A stretch of DNA of 64,000 bases. Origin: Bdellovibrio sp. (GTDB lineage Bacteria; Bdellovibrionota; Bdellovibrionia; Bdellovibrionales; Bdellovibrionaceae). A program made the position numbers and the translations under genes. The stretch is from the NCBI GenBank assembly GCA_036676395.1, contig JAKFCY010000002.1, positions 2,080,001 through 2,144,000 of the forward strand, written 5' to 3'. Shown here one piece after another: positions 10,370-20,179 of the stretch (positions are counted from its first letter, which is position 1; each line of letters opens with the position of its first letter). The notes under the pieces were generated by a model. The model saw nothing but the letters and a program-made list of their open reading frames with translations. It was not told the origin of the DNA and did no database searches.

Positions 10370-10963
10370 TTACTGATGTAAAATGATATCTAATCCATAA
10401 AGCAAAAGCGTTGCTTCTGGCAGTGAAACTTTCGCATTTTTAATTTTATTGCTGTCTGGGCGAATTGAATAATTTCTGGCTTGGCGCAGATCTGCTTTTA
10501 TTAAATTAGTTGAAGCAAATCTTGCCGAAGCAAAATCAGTTCCACATAAATTGGCTTCGCTGAAATTAGTTTGAATAAAGTCAGCTTCAATAGCCATGCA
10601 CTGAAATAAAACACATTTACGCAAATCTAAACCGGAAAAGTTACCGTAATTTAAAATACATTCATACCAAGCTAAATGCATAACTTCAGAAGTCGCTGTC
10701 CAATTAATACCGACTAACTTTGAATTTTGAAATTTAACTGAGCGTAAAGTCGAACTGGTTAATTGTGTATTACTCAGGTCGCAGTGTTCAAAGACACAAT
10801 CGACAAAACGGCAGTTTTTTAGCGTAGCGCCACTAAAAGAGCTCTGTTTAAAAGTGCAAGCATCAAAACTACAGCCTTCGATAGTTTGCTGACGTAAATC
10901 CAAATTTTGAAATACTTGATCAGTGAATTCTTTTTCCAGATTAAAATCTATTGGTTTTTCCAT
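10370..10963 (-). CDS. pentapeptide repeat protein
   Basis: Continuous A(D/N)LxxC/F pentapeptide repeats (CSFDACTFKQSSFSGATL, ANLCGTDFASARF, ADLRQA). Confidence 0.92.
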   Translation of the reverse strand: MEKPIDFNLEKEFTDQVFQNLDLRQQTIEGCSFDACTFKQSSFSGATLKNCRFVDCVFEHCDLSNTQLTSSTLRSVKFQNSKLVGINWTATSEVMHLAWYECILNYGNFSGLDLRKCVLFQCMAIEADFIQTNFSEANLCGTDFASARFASTNLIKADLRQARNYSIRPDSNKIKNAKVSLPEATLLLYGLDIILHQ

Positions 10964-11679
10964 GGGTACCTTTTCACGGCGCGATCTAATGAACGTGCTA
11001 AGCCAGTAGCTAATTTTGCTTTTTGTTTGGCGGTCATTGTTAATAACATTCCCTGATTTAATTCAATCTCAAGGCCGATATAATTATCAGGTTTATTTTC
11101 TTTGCGCATTTCACAAGTTAACCCATCACCGTCGCCGCGGTAAGGCTTATTGCGCGCTATTATATAATCTGGAAACTCTTTGCGTAACTCTTTAATCCAT
11201 GAACTAGAAAAGCCAACTTCATTCTTAAATGCGGGATTATACAATAGCGCTAAGTGCATCTTACGTTTTTGACCGTTTAACTGAGCAGTCATTGAATGCA
11301 CCGCCACGTGCACAACCCGGTTTTCTGTGTGCAATAAAGTGCGAATATTTTTTCGCACTTTCGCCCAATGAGGAAGATAATATTTAGCTAGTACTTTTTT
11401 AAGCGTAGTCTTTGCCAATGGCTGCATAAATTCAGAAAATAGTGTCGGGTTATTTAAAGTGCGATTAAGATCTGCGACCAAGCGGCTTGTGGTCGAATAA
11501 ATAAATGGAGCTTGTAGTTGTTTTTGCATTAATTTTGCAATTTCTAAAACGCCGATATCAAGACCACGATGAGTATTTAAAACCTGATCGCTATTTTTAA
11601 ATTGCACTTGGTATTCTTTGGGAATTTGATTTCCGCCATGTTCGCAAGTCAGTAAAATTGATGCTGTCGCATGAGTCAT
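10948..11679 (-). CDS. N-formylglutamate amidohydrolase family protein
   Basis: TCEHGGN, HRGLDIG, SRLVADLNR, YYLPH, VHSMT, NKPY, EIELNQ motifs. Confidence 0.88.
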   Translation of the reverse strand: MTHATASILLTCEHGGNQIPKEYQVQFKNSDQVLNTHRGLDIGVLEIAKLMQKQLQAPFIYSTTSRLVADLNRTLNNPTLFSEFMQPLAKTTLKKVLAKYYLPHWAKVRKNIRTLLHTENRVVHVAVHSMTAQLNGQKRKMHLALLYNPAFKNEVGFSSSWIKELRKEFPDYIIARNKPYRGDGDGLTCEMRKENKPDNYIGLEIELNQGMLLTMTAKQKAKLATGLARSLDRAVKRYPWKNQ

Positions 11680-11711
11680 GGCTTATATTTACATGTCGAA
11701 AGCTTAATTAC

Positions 11712-11747
11712 AAAAAAAGAATGCAGCTTAGGCTGCATTCTTTTTTT
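11712..11747 (-). terminator. intrinsic (bidirectional) terminator
   Basis: A7-GAATGCAGC-ttag-GCTGCATTC-T7 just after the small ORF stop. Confidence 0.8.
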
Positions 11748-11752
11748 ATACT

Positions 11753-11899
11753 CTAAGCCGCTTTAGAAAAAGCTCTTAGGTATTCACTTCTGCGAAGGTC
11801 TTCTTGGACTTCAAAGTTCTTCATCTCATCTAAGTAGTAAAATTCAGGGGCGCTTGATTTAAAGAAAGTTTGTTTTAATAGGGTGAACCATTTTTTCAT
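11753..11899 (-). CDS. 48-aa small protein of unknown function
   Basis: MKKWFTLLKQTFFKSSAPEFYYLDEMKNFEVQEDLRRSEYLRAFSKAA with AAGGAG RBS, an upstream sigma28-like promoter and its own terminator. Confidence 0.7.
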   Translation of the reverse strand: MKKWFTLLKQTFFKSSAPEFYYLDEMKNFEVQEDLRRSEYLRAFSKAA

Positions 11900-11919
11900 A
11901 ACAATCTCCTTACATATGA

Positions 11920-11946
11920 TTATCGACAACCCTAGACCCAAAATAA
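11920..11946 (-). promoter_or_regulatory. sigma28-type promoter of the small ORF
   Basis: TTAT-N15-GTCGATAA. Confidence 0.5.
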
Positions 11947-11961
11947 AGAGCGTGTTTCAAG

Positions 11962-12000
11962 GTATTACTTATTAATACTATAAGTATTATATTATGATAC
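11962..12000. promoter_or_regulatory. tandem palindromic operators GTATTA-N5-T(A/G)ATAC
   Basis: GTATTA-cttat-TAATAC (11962-11978) and GTATTA-tatta-TGATAC (11984-12000), 22 bp apart. Confidence 0.55.
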
Positions 12001-12042
12001 TTTGACTTGCGCGCCGTCTCGGATTAATGCAGAATCTATGTA

Positions 12043-12795
12043 ATGAGTACAGGATCAAACACGACTTTAATTATAGAAAACTTAAAATCACACCTTAAGC
12101 TGCGTGGCCTAAGTTACTCAGATCTTGCCAAGACATGGAAACTGTCAGTATCAAGCACCAAACGAATCATGGCTTCAGAAGACATCAGTCTTTCAAAAAT
12201 TGAAACGGCCTGTGAATTAATGAATATTTCTGTGGGTGAATTTTTACAGCGTATTCCTTTTGAAAAAAGTTCTGAACTTTTTTACCTAACGCCCGAGCAA
12301 GAAAATCGTTTAGTTAAAGACCCTGAAGCGCTTCATTATTTTTTATTAATTTTAGAAGGCTTCAGCCCGACTGAAATTTTGCGCGATTACACGGTGTCTG
12401 CAGAAAAGAATATTCGCATTCTTAATCAGTTAGAAAAATGGGGCTTATTAGAAGTTCAAAGTAAAAACCGCATCAAACGTAAATTCGATGGCCAGTTACG
12501 CTTTCGCAAAGACGGCCCTCTGGGTCAACATTTAGAAAGTTTGATGAAGACTAAATTTTTTGAAACGCGATTTAATGAAAATGATGATTTTTTTACATTT
12601 TTAAATTTAAATTTTGTTCCGGGCGGCCCACAAAAATTAAGACAAAAACTTTTACAGATCAGTAAAGAGCTAATGGCTGAGTCTGATAGCCACAGAAATC
12701 ATCCGAATGCGAAAGATTTTGGTTTAGTGATTGGCTTACGCCCGTGGGAATCCCCGTTCACTAAGGCTTTTAGCAAACGTAAAAAACAAAGTTAA
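12043..12795 (+). CDS. XRE/Cro-type HTH transcriptional regulator with C-terminal winged-helix-like domain
   Basis: LKLRGLSYSDLAKTWKLSVSSTKRIM...ISLSKIETAC N-terminal HTH. Confidence 0.85.
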   Translation: MSTGSNTTLIIENLKSHLKLRGLSYSDLAKTWKLSVSSTKRIMASEDISLSKIETACELMNISVGEFLQRIPFEKSSELFYLTPEQENRLVKDPEALHYFLLILEGFSPTEILRDYTVSAEKNIRILNQLEKWGLLEVQSKNRIKRKFDGQLRFRKDGPLGQHLESLMKTKFFETRFNENDDFFTFLNLNFVPGGPQKLRQKLLQISKELMAESDSHRNHPNAKDFGLVIGLRPWESPFTKAFSKRKKQS

Positions 12796-15700
12796 TGACA
12801 AGAAAATGACGTAGTCTCGACTTGACCGGCCATGTGTTCGACCGTCCAAACACCACCAGAATATGTCATTGTCGCGTTAACAGATCCGTTTGATACACCA
12901 GTGATAGTTCCAAAGCTGGCATCTAGAAGTTGCACACCCCAACCAGCATATTGAATATCGACTATATTTGTTGCGCCGGCTTTACCGATAACTAAGCGAT
13001 AAGTTCCGCCCCAGGTTGAGTCTCCAGCATTCGAAAACATGTAGCCTGCTGAAGGCCCAGCACCACATCCTACAGTATCTTTCAAACTAGGCGCAGGAGC
13101 GCGCCATGTGAAAACTTCATCTTGATGTGTATTCATGTAAGCATCAGTTAAGAATGTCGGCATAGAAGTAATTCGTGTTACACCATCCCACGAAAACCAT
13201 ATTTGCCCGTGATTTGGCTGTTTAATGCCACCGACAACTTCTAATTTTGAAGTGGGTGTTAAAGTGCCGACACCAACGTTTCCAGCAAAATAAGCATCAC
13301 CATTTCCTTTGATGTTCGCAGTTGAAATACCATTATCGTCTCGATACCCATAAAGAAGATACTGACTAGCTAAATTAGTGGCCAACATTCTCCCACCATA
13401 AGCAATCGCATTGCTATTACTTGCTGCTTCCATACCAGCTCTAAATGCGTATCGAAATCCGCTGTTAGCTCCTGAAGGAATCGACTGAATAGTCGCCAAA
13501 TCAACGGCTGTACCAGAATCATTCACATCCAATTTAGCCACAGGCGATGAAGTGCCAATACCCACATCGCCATCACCTTTAATAATCATTTTTGTTGTAA
13601 TCATCGGCGACGAGGCCACGGCTTCAAAAGTTCCGCTTGGCGCATCAGGCGAAGCGTAAGTGTCAAACACGATGTTACCTGCAGCCATTCTGATTCGATC
13701 AGGACCAGAAGCATTATCTGAATCATTACCTTTAAATAATAATAATTCTGAAGCTTCAATGCCGCTATACAATCTTTCACCAATATAAGTGTGATTGTAA
13801 GATCCTGCACCATCGCCAGTGGTTCCGCGAAAGGCAATGTAGTTTGAATCAGTTGCCCCGATACGCATATTACCTAAGACATCTAATTTTTCACCTGGCG
13901 TTGAACCGACACCCAAACTGCCGCTCGCAGATAACGTCATTAGAATTGCGCCAGAATTTTCGACGCTATCATAATTAAAATATAAATCATTACCTTGAGT
14001 CGTTAGCGCATGGCCTTTATAAGCTGCACCAGTTTTTTTATACAATTGAATTGCCGCTGATGAATCAACTGTTGTCGCCCGAATGACTGAGTTTCCACTT
14101 CCGGGAGCGACATCAAGTAATTGGCGCGGAGCTGATGTGGCTACACCCACATTACCCCCATTTGAAATAAAAAATCTTGACGACATTGCCACAGAATTAC
14201 CGATTGCTGCAGCTTGATTAGACGCTGTTAAAAAATCTATATCCTGACCAAGTTGTACAACTGATCGCCCGAGGCTGGCCGCGTATGAGGATTGATAATA
14301 ATCAGCTGCAGCTGGCCCAGGCCCGGCTTTGATACCGTAACCTAAAAATAACCCACCTGAAGAATATCTTGTTCCGACCACGGCTGTAGTTTCTGAAGTG
14401 GCTCCGTAACGCGCATAAATTAAATCTGAACCCTGAACCGAGTTATCATCACCAATGCGAATAACACCTGAAACATCAAGCTGGGCTTGCGGTGCAGATG
14501 TTCCGATACCCACACGCCCGGTCACATTAACGTCACTTCCGAAATTGGCAGCACCCGCAACACCTAAACCACCTTTTACAATCAAAGCACCGGTGCTAGA
14601 ATTTGTTGAAGCCGTCGTGCTTGAAACAATCGCCGAGCCCGTTGGTGTAAGCGTAATATTGCCTGATGAATTAATAGTAGATGCATTATCAATTGATCCC
14701 GCAACAGAACCTGTCGCAATTGTTCGGCGAATGTTTGCGCTATCAGTTAGATAGTATTGATAACCGTCGTATTCCATAGTGCCAGATTGCGGCGTTGATA
14801 ATAATGTTCCTGAAGTAAATTTAAGTGGAGCATTACTTACTGAACCAGCGGCTAAATTTAATAGTGCCGTCGGAGTTTGTGTGCCGATACCGACAGAACC
14901 ACCGAGCAGACTAAAACTATCATCACCATTTAAAATAAATCTAAAATCAAAATCAGTTGATGGATCATTTACGAAATCAATGTACGGAGTGCCGGCACTG
15001 TCATTTTCACGCATTTCAATAAACGCGTTGCCGTCGTTACCCGTAATAACTGAACCATTACTTGCGCTACCCGTGCGCGCGCTTCCAGAAACATCAAAAG
15101 CAAAAGTTGGATTTAATAAACCAACACCTACGTTTCCACCGTAGCGATTAAAAACTAATGGTTTATTATCGACATTGTTTTCTCTTGAACCAATATGCAT
15201 CGCTGTCGTATCAATATTTTCAATATAAAGACCCATATCGTTTGCATCTGTTGTGGCAAAAAATCCCAAGACATTGCTTCCACTTTTTAAACCTTTGCGA
15301 ACATCAAGGACTTGTGTAGGAATACTTATACCAACGCCTACATAACCTGTGCTGTAAGAAATATGTGCTCCGTTAGTCATCCATTGTGTGGCACTGGTTG
15401 CATTCGCCGGCGTGTACCCAAGTGTGGCAATGATGGCCGCTTGAGTAGCTTGTTGTTTGTTATTAAACGTATTCCAATCAGCTGATGATAAATAACCGTT
15501 CGTTGAAGACGTCGATTGCGTGATTGAAATTGAAGGTGTTGATCCACCCGTTGAAACTAACGGCGCTGTCGCACTGACGCTTGTTACACTGCCTGTGGCC
15601 GCACTGATCCAAGATAAATTTCCTGAACCATCAGTTGATAACACTTGGCCAACTGTTCCGCTGCTGGTGGGTAAATTTAAAGTGTAATTTGCAGCTAAAC

Positions 15701-16811
15701 TGGTTGGCGCCTGTAAGCGAATATTAAAACTTGTGCTGGGTCTATAAATATCGACGTAATTTAATTTTGCAGCATTGGCGTAAACATCATTTGCAGTGAA
15801 ATTGCCCGAAGAATTACGCTTAACAATAGTATCAGCCGTCGAAGACGACGTTGCAGCCAGCGTATCATCGACACTTGTTGCCACTTGCGCCGAAGTTTTA
15901 CCACCAACACTTTGAACAAAGTTTGCAGCAACTGTGCCGCTAACATCACCAGCTAAGTTTGCAGCTTGAATTTGCGTATTTACCGCAGAACCACTCACTG
16001 GCGCATAACCTAACGTGCTAATAATTTCAGTGCTACTTGCAGAAAGTTTTGCTTTAAATTCAGCGTAATCTAACGAAGTTAAATAACCATCGCTCGACAT
16101 TGTCGCCGCAGTGATTGAGATCACTGGCGCACTGGCTGTTCCACCTGTTGATAAAACAGTACCGCTGGTTGTAACACTTGAAATTCCGCTGCTGCTAACG
16201 CCGACCGCGATACAACTAAAAGTCGCGCCATTAAAATGAATCGCTTCATTTACCTGGCAGTTTAATCCGGCTAATGTCGAAACTTCAACAAATTCAGAAT
16301 CAGCTTTACCATTTAGTAGTGTAGAATTTTGTGCTTTCGCAGAATACATCGCATACGGTACCGAGTTGATCGGCATTGCTGGCAATGTTTGCCAACCCGA
16401 GCCTTCATTAAATTGCATCACGACTTTTCTATTGTCTGTTGGAATCGGATTGTACACGCCTGGGGTTTGACAAACAAATGACGGCGTCGAGTTATCAAAG
16501 ACTGTGGCAAAAGTTGTCGGCCCACTTGCTGGGTATGTTCTTGTTCCCATACCTAAGCTGAATGAAGTTAATCCACCACTGCCAATCATGTTAACGGCGG
16601 CGTAGTCTTCTATAAAAAGCACGCATGATGATGACGGATCCAAAACAGTAAAACGAAAATTAACACTGACCGCCTCTAAAGGTTGGCCATCAGGTTTGTA
16701 GATTTTAGCTTGATAAGTTGTGCGCCCATTAATGGCAAATGCCGAGGCCGAATATACAATTAGACCTACCAAAAGCAGAATAGAATAAACGTACTGCAGA
16801 CGATGCTTCAC
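12792..16811 (-). CDS. secreted phage-tail-fibre-like adhesin (MAT-like), 1339 aa
   Basis: Same N-terminal domain (TTYQAKIYKPDGQPLE); LTLPTSSG-like stalk, GNVG(I/V)GT repeats; unique C-terminal tip, no S74 motif. Confidence 0.87.
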   Translation of the reverse strand: MKHRLQYVYSILLLVGLIVYSASAFAINGRTTYQAKIYKPDGQPLEAVSVNFRFTVLDPSSSCVLFIEDYAAVNMIGSGGLTSFSLGMGTRTYPASGPTTFATVFDNSTPSFVCQTPGVYNPIPTDNRKVVMQFNEGSGWQTLPAMPINSVPYAMYSAKAQNSTLLNGKADSEFVEVSTLAGLNCQVNEAIHFNGATFSCIAVGVSSSGISSVTTSGTVLSTGGTASAPVISITAATMSSDGYLTSLDYAEFKAKLSASSTEIISTLGYAPVSGSAVNTQIQAANLAGDVSGTVAANFVQSVGGKTSAQVATSVDDTLAATSSSTADTIVKRNSSGNFTANDVYANAAKLNYVDIYRPSTSFNIRLQAPTSLAANYTLNLPTSSGTVGQVLSTDGSGNLSWISAATGSVTSVSATAPLVSTGGSTPSISITQSTSSTNGYLSSADWNTFNNKQQATQAAIIATLGYTPANATSATQWMTNGAHISYSTGYVGVGISIPTQVLDVRKGLKSGSNVLGFFATTDANDMGLYIENIDTTAMHIGSRENNVDNKPLVFNRYGGNVGVGLLNPTFAFDVSGSARTGSASNGSVITGNDGNAFIEMRENDSAGTPYIDFVNDPSTDFDFRFILNGDDSFSLLGGSVGIGTQTPTALLNLAAGSVSNAPLKFTSGTLLSTPQSGTMEYDGYQYYLTDSANIRRTIATGSVAGSIDNASTINSSGNITLTPTGSAIVSSTTASTNSSTGALIVKGGLGVAGAANFGSDVNVTGRVGIGTSAPQAQLDVSGVIRIGDDNSVQGSDLIYARYGATSETTAVVGTRYSSGGLFLGYGIKAGPGPAAADYYQSSYAASLGRSVVQLGQDIDFLTASNQAAAIGNSVAMSSRFFISNGGNVGVATSAPRQLLDVAPGSGNSVIRATTVDSSAAIQLYKKTGAAYKGHALTTQGNDLYFNYDSVENSGAILMTLSASGSLGVGSTPGEKLDVLGNMRIGATDSNYIAFRGTTGDGAGSYNHTYIGERLYSGIEASELLLFKGNDSDNASGPDRIRMAAGNIVFDTYASPDAPSGTFEAVASSPMITTKMIIKGDGDVGIGTSSPVAKLDVNDSGTAVDLATIQSIPSGANSGFRYAFRAGMEAASNSNAIAYGGRMLATNLASQYLLYGYRDDNGISTANIKGNGDAYFAGNVGVGTLTPTSKLEVVGGIKQPNHGQIWFSWDGVTRITSMPTFLTDAYMNTHQDEVFTWRAPAPSLKDTVGCGAGPSAGYMFSNAGDSTWGGTYRLVIGKAGATNIVDIQYAGWGVQLLDASFGTITGVSNGSVNATMTYSGGVWTVEHMAGQVETTSFSCH

Positions 16812-16818
16812 TTAGGTC

Positions 16819-16845
16819 TTATCGGTGTTTTCTGGAGTGAACTTA
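16819..16845 (-). promoter_or_regulatory. sigma28/FliA-type promoter, probably leaderless
   Basis: TAAG-N15-ACCGATAA-N7-GTG(16811). Confidence 0.75.
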
Positions 16846-16898
16846 AACGAATACTCCTATGAGTCTAGGCCTCAAATACAAATGAAGCTGCAGACAGT

Positions 16899-16913
16899 GT
16901 CTCATCTTGAGAA
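16899..16913. promoter_or_regulatory. palindromic operator-like site RTCTCA-N3-TGAGAY
   Basis: GTCTCA-tct-TGAGAA. Confidence 0.5.
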
Positions 16914-17011
16914 CGTGATATTTAAAGTACGGGGCAATGCCCCTAAATGTGATCTGTCAAAAGCTTCGACGTGATGACTAAGAACCAGCCCCCCAGAATA
17001 GTTTTCACCTG

Positions 17012-17027
17012 TGGCATAACAATCGCT
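17012..17027 (+). promoter_or_regulatory. sigma54-type -24/-12 promoter
   Basis: TGGCATAACAATCGCT (GG-N10-GC), 12 nt before ATG 17040. Confidence 0.55.
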
Positions 17028-17039
17028 AGGTAAAAAGCC

Positions 17040-18098
17040 ATGATCAAACGCATTCACGCCTTATCATTAATTCTGTTAACTTTTACAAGCTTAGTAACCA
17101 CGACAGCCGTAGCTGGGGGAGCTCCCCTATCGCTGTACACCGAGCTTGATCACAACTTTAAAAAAAGTGAAACGCAAAAAGTGCGCATGATTCCTAAAGG
17201 CAATGGCAACCTGAAAACAATCCCCGAAGTCGCAAAACTGCGCGTGTATTCACGGGCGATCTTAAGTGGTGAATGGGAAGCCCTGTTAAATTCAGGCCGC
17301 GAAACTGAATTTGCTTTAACCCTGGGTAAAAACAAAATTCCAAAAATTTTAGATGCTTTAAACGAAGAAGGTCTTTTATCTGAAACTTTAAGATTAGCAA
17401 AAGCATTTAATATTCACCCGTTACATATTCTTGGGCCAATTATCGGCGAAAATTCTTTTAATGGAGCTATCGACAACACGATTCAAAATAGTTTTGCAAA
17501 AATGTTTAACGAATCTGATTTTACTGTGATGTCTGCACGCATGAAGATCATCACCAAAGACCCAAACACACAGGGCTGCCTTGATTTAAAGATTTCAAAT
17601 TACTGGAAATGGCGCTGCCTGCTTAATAAAACAAGTTATTTAGCTAATGGCAGTAACCGCGACTTTGTTTTTTGGTTCTATCAAATTTCAAATAAAGGCC
17701 AAGGCACCTTTGGTTTAGGCCAAGCCCAGCCCTTTTTATTATGGAGTGTCGCAGACCTAGTTGCTGAAAAAACAAAACCTCTTGGTTACGATTATAAAAC
17801 TTATGATGTCACGAATCTAAAAAAACCATTTCAAATTATTTTCAACAACAAAGAAATGTTAGCCTACATCGCCGCTATGGCACACACTTCAATTACCGTT
17901 TACAAACAAGTTGCCGGCGTTGATATCAGTCAGAACCCGGGGCTTAGCACTACGCTTTACAATTTAGGTGATGAATACCAAAGAGCATACATGAATACAG
18001 TTCGTGGTGGCGACCCGCAGGTGAACTTTATGGGTTGGTATGTTAATTATTTCGAAAGTGCGATTACAAATTATTTGAAGACGACTCCAATTAAATAG
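17040..18098 (+). CDS. DUF1402-like secreted protein
   Basis: Signal peptide; IHPLHILGPIIGENSFN, GTFGLGQ, DISQNPGLSTTLYNLG, NFMGWYVN recalled as DUF1402 features. Confidence 0.65.
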   Translation: MIKRIHALSLILLTFTSLVTTTAVAGGAPLSLYTELDHNFKKSETQKVRMIPKGNGNLKTIPEVAKLRVYSRAILSGEWEALLNSGRETEFALTLGKNKIPKILDALNEEGLLSETLRLAKAFNIHPLHILGPIIGENSFNGAIDNTIQNSFAKMFNESDFTVMSARMKIITKDPNTQGCLDLKISNYWKWRCLLNKTSYLANGSNRDFVFWFYQISNKGQGTFGLGQAQPFLLWSVADLVAEKTKPLGYDYKTYDVTNLKKPFQIIFNNKEMLAYIAAMAHTSITVYKQVAGVDISQNPGLSTTLYNLGDEYQRAYMNTVRGGDPQVNFMGWYVNYFESAITNYLKTTPIK

Positions 18099-18179
18099 TC
18101 GCCATCATCATTACTATGTTACGTGAAAACAAAAACCACACCTAAATTTCCCAACAAGAGGCAATTCCAATTTTTTGTT

Positions 18180-18206
18180 TAACTTTTTTACGAAATTCAC
18201 CGATCT
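18180..18206 (+). promoter_or_regulatory. sigma28-type promoter, probably leaderless
   Basis: TAAC-N15-ACCGATCT-N6-ATG(18213). Confidence 0.5.
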
Positions 18207-18212
18207 GTATGT

Positions 18213-18917
18213 ATGAAAATACTAAAAACACTCTTGGTACTGTCGCTATTCTTAAACATGTCTTGTACTAAAGAAGAGCTTGCAGCCATCGCTGACGGCA
18301 CTACTCCTACTGATGGAAGTCAAACTGCGGCTCAGTTGGCTGGATCAGGTCAATACTGTGAACTCGTTTCAGGAACAGGCGCTGGCGGCCCTTATGCTGT
18401 TACTAAATCGTTAACCTTAAATGCCGATAATACCTTCGCATATACGGTTTACTTCACTGACCAAACTGCTTGTTCAACTACGCAAAATGCTGGTGGCGAG
18501 AATATCACATCGCTATTTGTTACAGGCTTATGGACCGTTGGTGGAACAAACACAACTCCAAGCACTGGAACTAAAATTTTATTCACAGTAGGAGCCACTA
18601 ATGTCACTGTTTACGCAGGTGCAGGTCCTGCACAAGCAAATGCCATAGACATGGCAAGCTTTTTAAATACATGCTCGAGCATCCCTGCTTTTTCAACGAA
18701 TTCAACGAGCTCTCGAACTTTAACTGGAGATACATGTACAGGTGGTGGCGGATTTACTGCGGTAACGCTTCCAGCACTTAATGATGTTCTAAATAATACG
18801 GCTTACAACAATGGGACGACTAACTTTCAAATTGGCTTAAGTACAGCTGAAGATGTTTGGAGACCAGGTGGATCAAACTTCCCCACGGCATACACGAACA
18901 CATATTATTATTGGTAA
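18213..18917 (+). CDS. Thr/Gly-rich lipoprotein of unknown function
   Basis: Lipobox-like LNMSC; beta-rich with paired Cys. Confidence 0.7.
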   Translation: MKILKTLLVLSLFLNMSCTKEELAAIADGTTPTDGSQTAAQLAGSGQYCELVSGTGAGGPYAVTKSLTLNADNTFAYTVYFTDQTACSTTQNAGGENITSLFVTGLWTVGGTNTTPSTGTKILFTVGATNVTVYAGAGPAQANAIDMASFLNTCSSIPAFSTNSTSSRTLTGDTCTGGGGFTAVTLPALNDVLNNTAYNNGTTNFQIGLSTAEDVWRPGGSNFPTAYTNTYYYW

Positions 18918-18934
18918 TTAACCTAAATTTTTAA

Positions 18935-19687
18935 TTACAAAATACGAAGAAAACCAGCCATGTGCTGGTTTATCTTTTCGATCAATGCGGCAACTTTAAA
19001 ATCTTTATCTGCTGTAAAATCACAATAAATAGAATAATTACTATTTTCTAAAACCGAATAACGAATGACTTCTTTATTCGGAAATTCTAGTTTTTCAATT
19101 TTAAGCTTCGCTTTTTTAGTCGTCTTAATTTTTAAATTTTGTAATTTGATATTTTCTAAAGCGCAATAAGTACCATTGGCTTCTAGATCTGTAATATTAG
19201 CAGTGGCTCTTTTACCATTGCGAAAGCTAATAAGTTTTTGTGTTTTACCGATCTGCAAAGCCTGAATGCGGGCTTTCGCTGTTTTTAAATCCTGCGGGTT
19301 AAAAATGGGTAATGAATAAACCACGTCTTTTCCGCTTACATTTGCGCGCGCTAAATTTAAAGTTAATTTTTTAGCTTTTTTGATGTTTCCGGCGCGTGGG
19401 TAACATTCGAAATATTCTTTTTGCGCCACACATAGAATTTCTTGTTTTGATTGCGACGGCCCCTCTGTAGAACCTGTCACGTAAGAATATCTGACCGTAG
19501 ATTTTTTAGTTTCAGCATCAAGCAAGTAAACATCAAACGAGCCATCTTTATTAACTAAGACTTCAACTAAAAATGGGCCAGCCGATTTAACCTGCCCTTG
19601 ATGAGGACCAAGTTGTTCTTCTTGAGCAAAAGCAAAAGATGAAATTAAACTGATGATGAGAATACTTAGGCGCAAAATCTTTGTCAT
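18935..19687 (-). CDS. secreted hypothetical protein
   Basis: Signal peptide ending AFA; GPHQGQV...FLVEVL...FDVYLLD N-terminal domain. Confidence 0.7.
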   Translation of the reverse strand: MTKILRLSILIISLISSFAFAQEEQLGPHQGQVKSAGPFLVEVLVNKDGSFDVYLLDAETKKSTVRYSYVTGSTEGPSQSKQEILCVAQKEYFECYPRAGNIKKAKKLTLNLARANVSGKDVVYSLPIFNPQDLKTAKARIQALQIGKTQKLISFRNGKRATANITDLEANGTYCALENIKLQNLKIKTTKKAKLKIEKLEFPNKEVIRYSVLENSNYSIYCDFTADKDFKVAALIEKINQHMAGFLRIL

Positions 19688-19705
19688 AGTGATATTTCAG
19701 CGCTG

Positions 19706-20179
19706 TTAGCTTAATTCGTCAACAATGGCTTCCATAGTCGATTCGATTTTTTTAACTGAAGCTGGGGCCACGAAAATCGTGTCGTCGCCGGCAATGGTAC
19801 CTAAAATACCATCAGGTTTAGTTAAATCTAAATGATGGGCCACAAGACTTGCTGACCCTGGTGGGGTTTTAATAACGATCATCGAACCGTTATGTTCAAT
19901 GCTTAAAAGTAAACCTTTAATTCCCGAAGTTAGAACAGGGGGAGCTGATGGCAATAACAATTCATCGGGTAAACGATAAACCACTTCACCTACAGGTGAA
20001 ATGGTCTTCACGGCACCGATACGGCGTAAGTCACGCGAGATGGTACTTTGCGTGACCGAAAAATTTTTTTTCTCTAAAGCTTCGCACAGCTCTTCTTGAG
20101 TACTAACCGTTCCTTCTTCTAGAAGTTTACGAAGGGTTTGTAATCTGGCGCGTGCGTCGGCTTGCGTTGTGGCTGCCAT
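19706..20179 (-). CDS. argR: arginine repressor
   Basis: TQEEL, VTQSTISRDL, IKTPPGSA, GTIAGDDTIFV. Confidence 0.96.
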   Translation of the reverse strand: MAATTQADARARLQTLRKLLEEGTVSTQEELCEALEKKNFSVTQSTISRDLRRIGAVKTISPVGEVVYRLPDELLLPSAPPVLTSGIKGLLLSIEHNGSMIVIKTPPGSASLVAHHLDLTKPDGILGTIAGDDTIFVAPASVKKIESTMEAIVDELS

